A DNA stretch of 62,522 nt, the filler included, from a bacterium (lineage in GTDB: Bacteria; JALSQH01), in NCBI GenBank assembly GCA_027004335.1. It is 8 parts of 8 records of this genome, joined end to end, with 100 filler letters (N's around TTAATTAATTAA, not from the genome) between each part and the next. Parts side by side here need not be neighbours in the genome. Positions count along the whole stretch, not along the records: positions 57,322 to 62,522 come from JALTID010000026.1; 7 more parts are not named here. One strand, 5' to 3'. The position numbers and the translations under genes were made by a program. Shown here piece by piece: positions 60,527-62,522 of the stretch. Every line of letters starts with the position of its first letter. Within the stretch, counting starts at the first letter, position 1. Under the pieces are notes generated by a model that did not search any database, had not been told where the DNA came from, and was given only the letters and a program-made list of their open reading frames with translations.

Positions 60527-61166
60527 ATCCCAGTTCCAATCCTATTGAATAGTTTGCAAGATAATTAATCTTAGAAAAAGTGTAAGGAATATTAAATGAA
60601 ACAAGCATTCGTAGCCCCTCTAGAGGTGCATACCCAACTCCAACTCCAAAAGTAGTGCCGAAGGATGAGTAGGGGCCAATAGGGGAACATTTTTTTTCTT
60701 CTTCCTCTAAGTTCTTACATACCTTATAATTTGAGTTCAGATGGATAAAGCCAGGCTTTATGGTAAGCCATAATAAAGTGAGATCATTAAACCATGTCAC
60801 AGAAAATGGTGATTCAAGAATATAAAAACCATATCTCTCCTGACCTTCTTCCTCCCATGAAATTGTACTTCCTAATCCTGTAGAGAAAGAGAGATTTCCT
60901 TTTCTAAGTAAAGATTTTCTGTAGTTTAAAGAGAATCCAAGGTTGTATGCTTCTATGGCTAACTCGCTATTTTTAGTTGGTTTATAACTTACATAAGCAC
61001 CATCCATGACATTTATCATTTTGAATCCAACGGAAATCTTGCCCGTATTGTTGGGAGAAAAATCTCCAATGGTGGGATTATAAATTGCGTACCTGGCACA
61101 GGAGATGTTATCAAGAAGTAAAGTTACGATTAGAATAATTGATGACATTAATCTTTCACGTTTCAT
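60510..61166 (-). CDS. Putative outer-membrane beta-barrel lipoprotein, paralog of the neighbour
   Basis: ISC; shares C..YA..NP, EsPF, IKPG and GYAP..GL with 59882-60526. Confidence 0.6.
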   Translation of the reverse strand: MKRERLMSSIILIVTLLLDNISCARYAIYNPTIGDFSPNNTGKISVGFKMINVMDGAYVSYKPTKNSELAIEAYNLGFSLNYRKSLLRKGNLSFSTGLGSTISWEEEGQERYGFYILESPFSVTWFNDLTLLWLTIKPGFIHLNSNYKVCKNLEEEEKKCSPIGPYSSFGTTFGVGVGYAPLEGLRMLVSFNIPYTFSKINYLANYSIGLELGYDYTW

Positions 61167-61265
61167 TTTTGTAACGTAGAAATTATAAAGGAAAAATTCT
61201 CAGCAGTAAAGTCATGATTTAATAATGGAATTTGACCAATGTGTTAGTAGAGGGTGAAGGTTGGG

Positions 61266-61337
61266 TTATTTTTCTTCTATAGCGGCTTTTACAAGCTCGT
61301 AGATGAATTTTGTCTTTTCAATCAGTTTATCCTTCAT
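61266..61337 (-). pseudogene. Probable HEPN remnant (23 aa)
   Basis: ATGA overlap with the MNT stop; MKDKLIEKTKFIYELVKAAIEEK resembles a HEPN terminal helix. Confidence 0.45.
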
Positions 61338-61849
61338 AATAATTTTTCTCCCAAAAGGTTTTCCTCTATCATTTCCCATAGATAGGTGTTACCATGAAGA
61401 ACTTTTTTAATCTTTCTCTTTTTTTGTTTCACTATTTTTAGAATTCTGCCCAGGAAATTGTCTTTATCAAAGATTATTATAGAGTTGTCTGCCATATCAA
61501 GGTAAAGGGGGTTAAAATAAACCGCTTCATCTTTTGAGAGAATTATTGGTGAAATCTCAAAATTTATTCCAAACTTCTCATAAAGTTTTTGTAAATCTCT
61601 TTCTATAACCGTTTCAATTTTTTCCTGAAATAAATTGATTTCAGAGGATATGCCCTTTTTATCTTTCAGAATAATAAAAATGTCCAGATCTGAATCAAGT
61701 TTTGGTTCTCCCCTGGCATAGGAGCCAAATATTGCCAGAGTAATCAATCTGTCACCATATATGGAAATTATTTGTTTAAATAGTTTCTCAAGGATTCTCT
61801 TTTGTTCCGTTACAAAAACAGAAATCTGATCAAGTCCCTTCATATTCAT
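61334..61849 (-). CDS. Minimal nucleotidyltransferase
   Basis: AIFGSYARGE...DSDLDIF, PLYLDM. Confidence 0.88.
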   Translation of the reverse strand: MNMKGLDQISVFVTEQKRILEKLFKQIISIYGDRLITLAIFGSYARGEPKLDSDLDIFIILKDKKGISSEINLFQEKIETVIERDLQKLYEKFGINFEISPIILSKDEAVYFNPLYLDMADNSIIIFDKDNFLGRILKIVKQKKRKIKKVLHGNTYLWEMIEENLLGEKLL

Positions 61850-61857
61850 TTTTAATT

Positions 61858-62522
61858 TTACCCTATTCCCATTTTCTTTAAAAGCGTCTCCGCGTTTTTA
61901 TGAAAGATTTTTTCTTTTGTTTCGCTGGAAATGTTCCTTTCTTCTATGCACTGGATCTGCTTTTCTACGGGGTAGGGGATAAAAGGAAAATCGCTTCCAA
62001 GTAAAATTCTGTTTGAAAATTTTTCTAAAAAAACATCATCAGGGGGAGGTGGTGTTTCGGGATGTTTTATTTGAACAAATTCCATGCAATGGGTCATTGT
62101 TGTATCAAGATATAGTCCCGGGTATTTTTCTATAAGTTTTCCAAATTCCTCATATTCCCCCATACCCATATGGGCCACAATAACAGTTAGTTCAGGAAAT
62201 TTTTCCAGAAGCTTGCTCACATGGTATGCTCCTGAAACCTCGTATGGATCAAAATCCCTGATAAATCCTGCATCTGTGGGATGAATAGAACCGTGAAGGA
62301 TTAGAAAATTATTTCTTCTTATAATTTCTTCATAGACGGGAAATAATCTTTCATCCTCCGGAGGAGCAAGAGATATATGAGTGTGAAATTTTATTCCTTT
62401 TACTCCATATTCAAAGGCTTTTTTAACTACTTCACTGGTGTTGTCTTCCTGGTGTATTGTGCCCGCGGGGATTATTTCGGGGTATTGTATCGATATTTCT
62501 GAAACCCATTTATTTAAAAAAT
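61858..62522 (-). CDS. Amidohydrolase family 2 protein (5' end beyond window)
   Basis: GIKFH, VAHMG, YLDT, ILLGSDFPF, IFHKNA. Confidence 0.85.
   Translation of the reverse strand, partial: FLNKWVSEISIQYPEIIPAGTIHQEDNTSEVVKKAFEYGVKGIKFHTHISLAPPEDERLFPVYEEIIRRNNFLILHGSIHPTDAGFIRDFDPYEVSGAYHVSKLLEKFPELTVIVAHMGMGEYEEFGKLIEKYPGLYLDTTMTHCMEFVQIKHPETPPPPDDVFLEKFSNRILLGSDFPFIPYPVEKQIQCIEERNISSETKEKIFHKNAETLLKKMGIG

Noticed and set aside
346-62284. Numerous 60-180 aa ORFs antisense to or overlapping well-supported genes
   Set aside because: Shadow ORFs with no SD or recognisable motifs.

Overview
This window is not one locus. It holds eight contig pieces of a low-GC bacterial draft genome or MAG, joined by artificial 100-nt N/TTAATTAATTAA/N linkers, so gene order across linkers is not meaningful. 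The RpoA N-terminus, a myxobacterial-type PilZ protein and Cys-containing CTERM sorting signals suggest Desulfobacterota/Myxococcota (deltaproteobacterial) affinity (inference). Contents by piece: (1) feoA-feoA-feoB, a Cys-rich peptide running into a porin, and a secreted alpha/beta-hydrolase; (2) VIT1/CCC1 protein, fused FixCX, SGNH lipoprotein, IS256 relic and speD-speE; (3) RiPP-like precursor, TusA-like+3xFeoA protein and ogt-nfo-ywiC-uvrC; (4) spc/alpha ribosomal cluster lacking rpmD, and trpEGDCFBA; (5) CTERM mini-protein, MNT-HEPN, and bioBF flanked by rpn starts and REPs; (6) MFS, TPR protein, purH, carD and PilZ protein; (7) maeB, ssb, Nudix, AMMECR1-like gene, a psd-led cell-surface operon (1829-aa CTERM adhesin plus TraB-like barrel) and mlaEFD; (8) fadD, ADP-forming acyl-CoA ligase, tandem barrel lipoproteins, MNT and an amidohydrolase. 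I saw no rRNA, tRNA or CRISPR array. The strongest leads are a three-copy repeat whose core sits exactly 14 nt from a TTGACA box in every copy, the psd-CTERM adhesin-barrel operon, a leader peptide plus overlapping mini-ORF ahead of speD, and a leaderless YxxP RiPP-type precursor cut by a contig end. All family calls come from reading motifs by eye, with no database searches.
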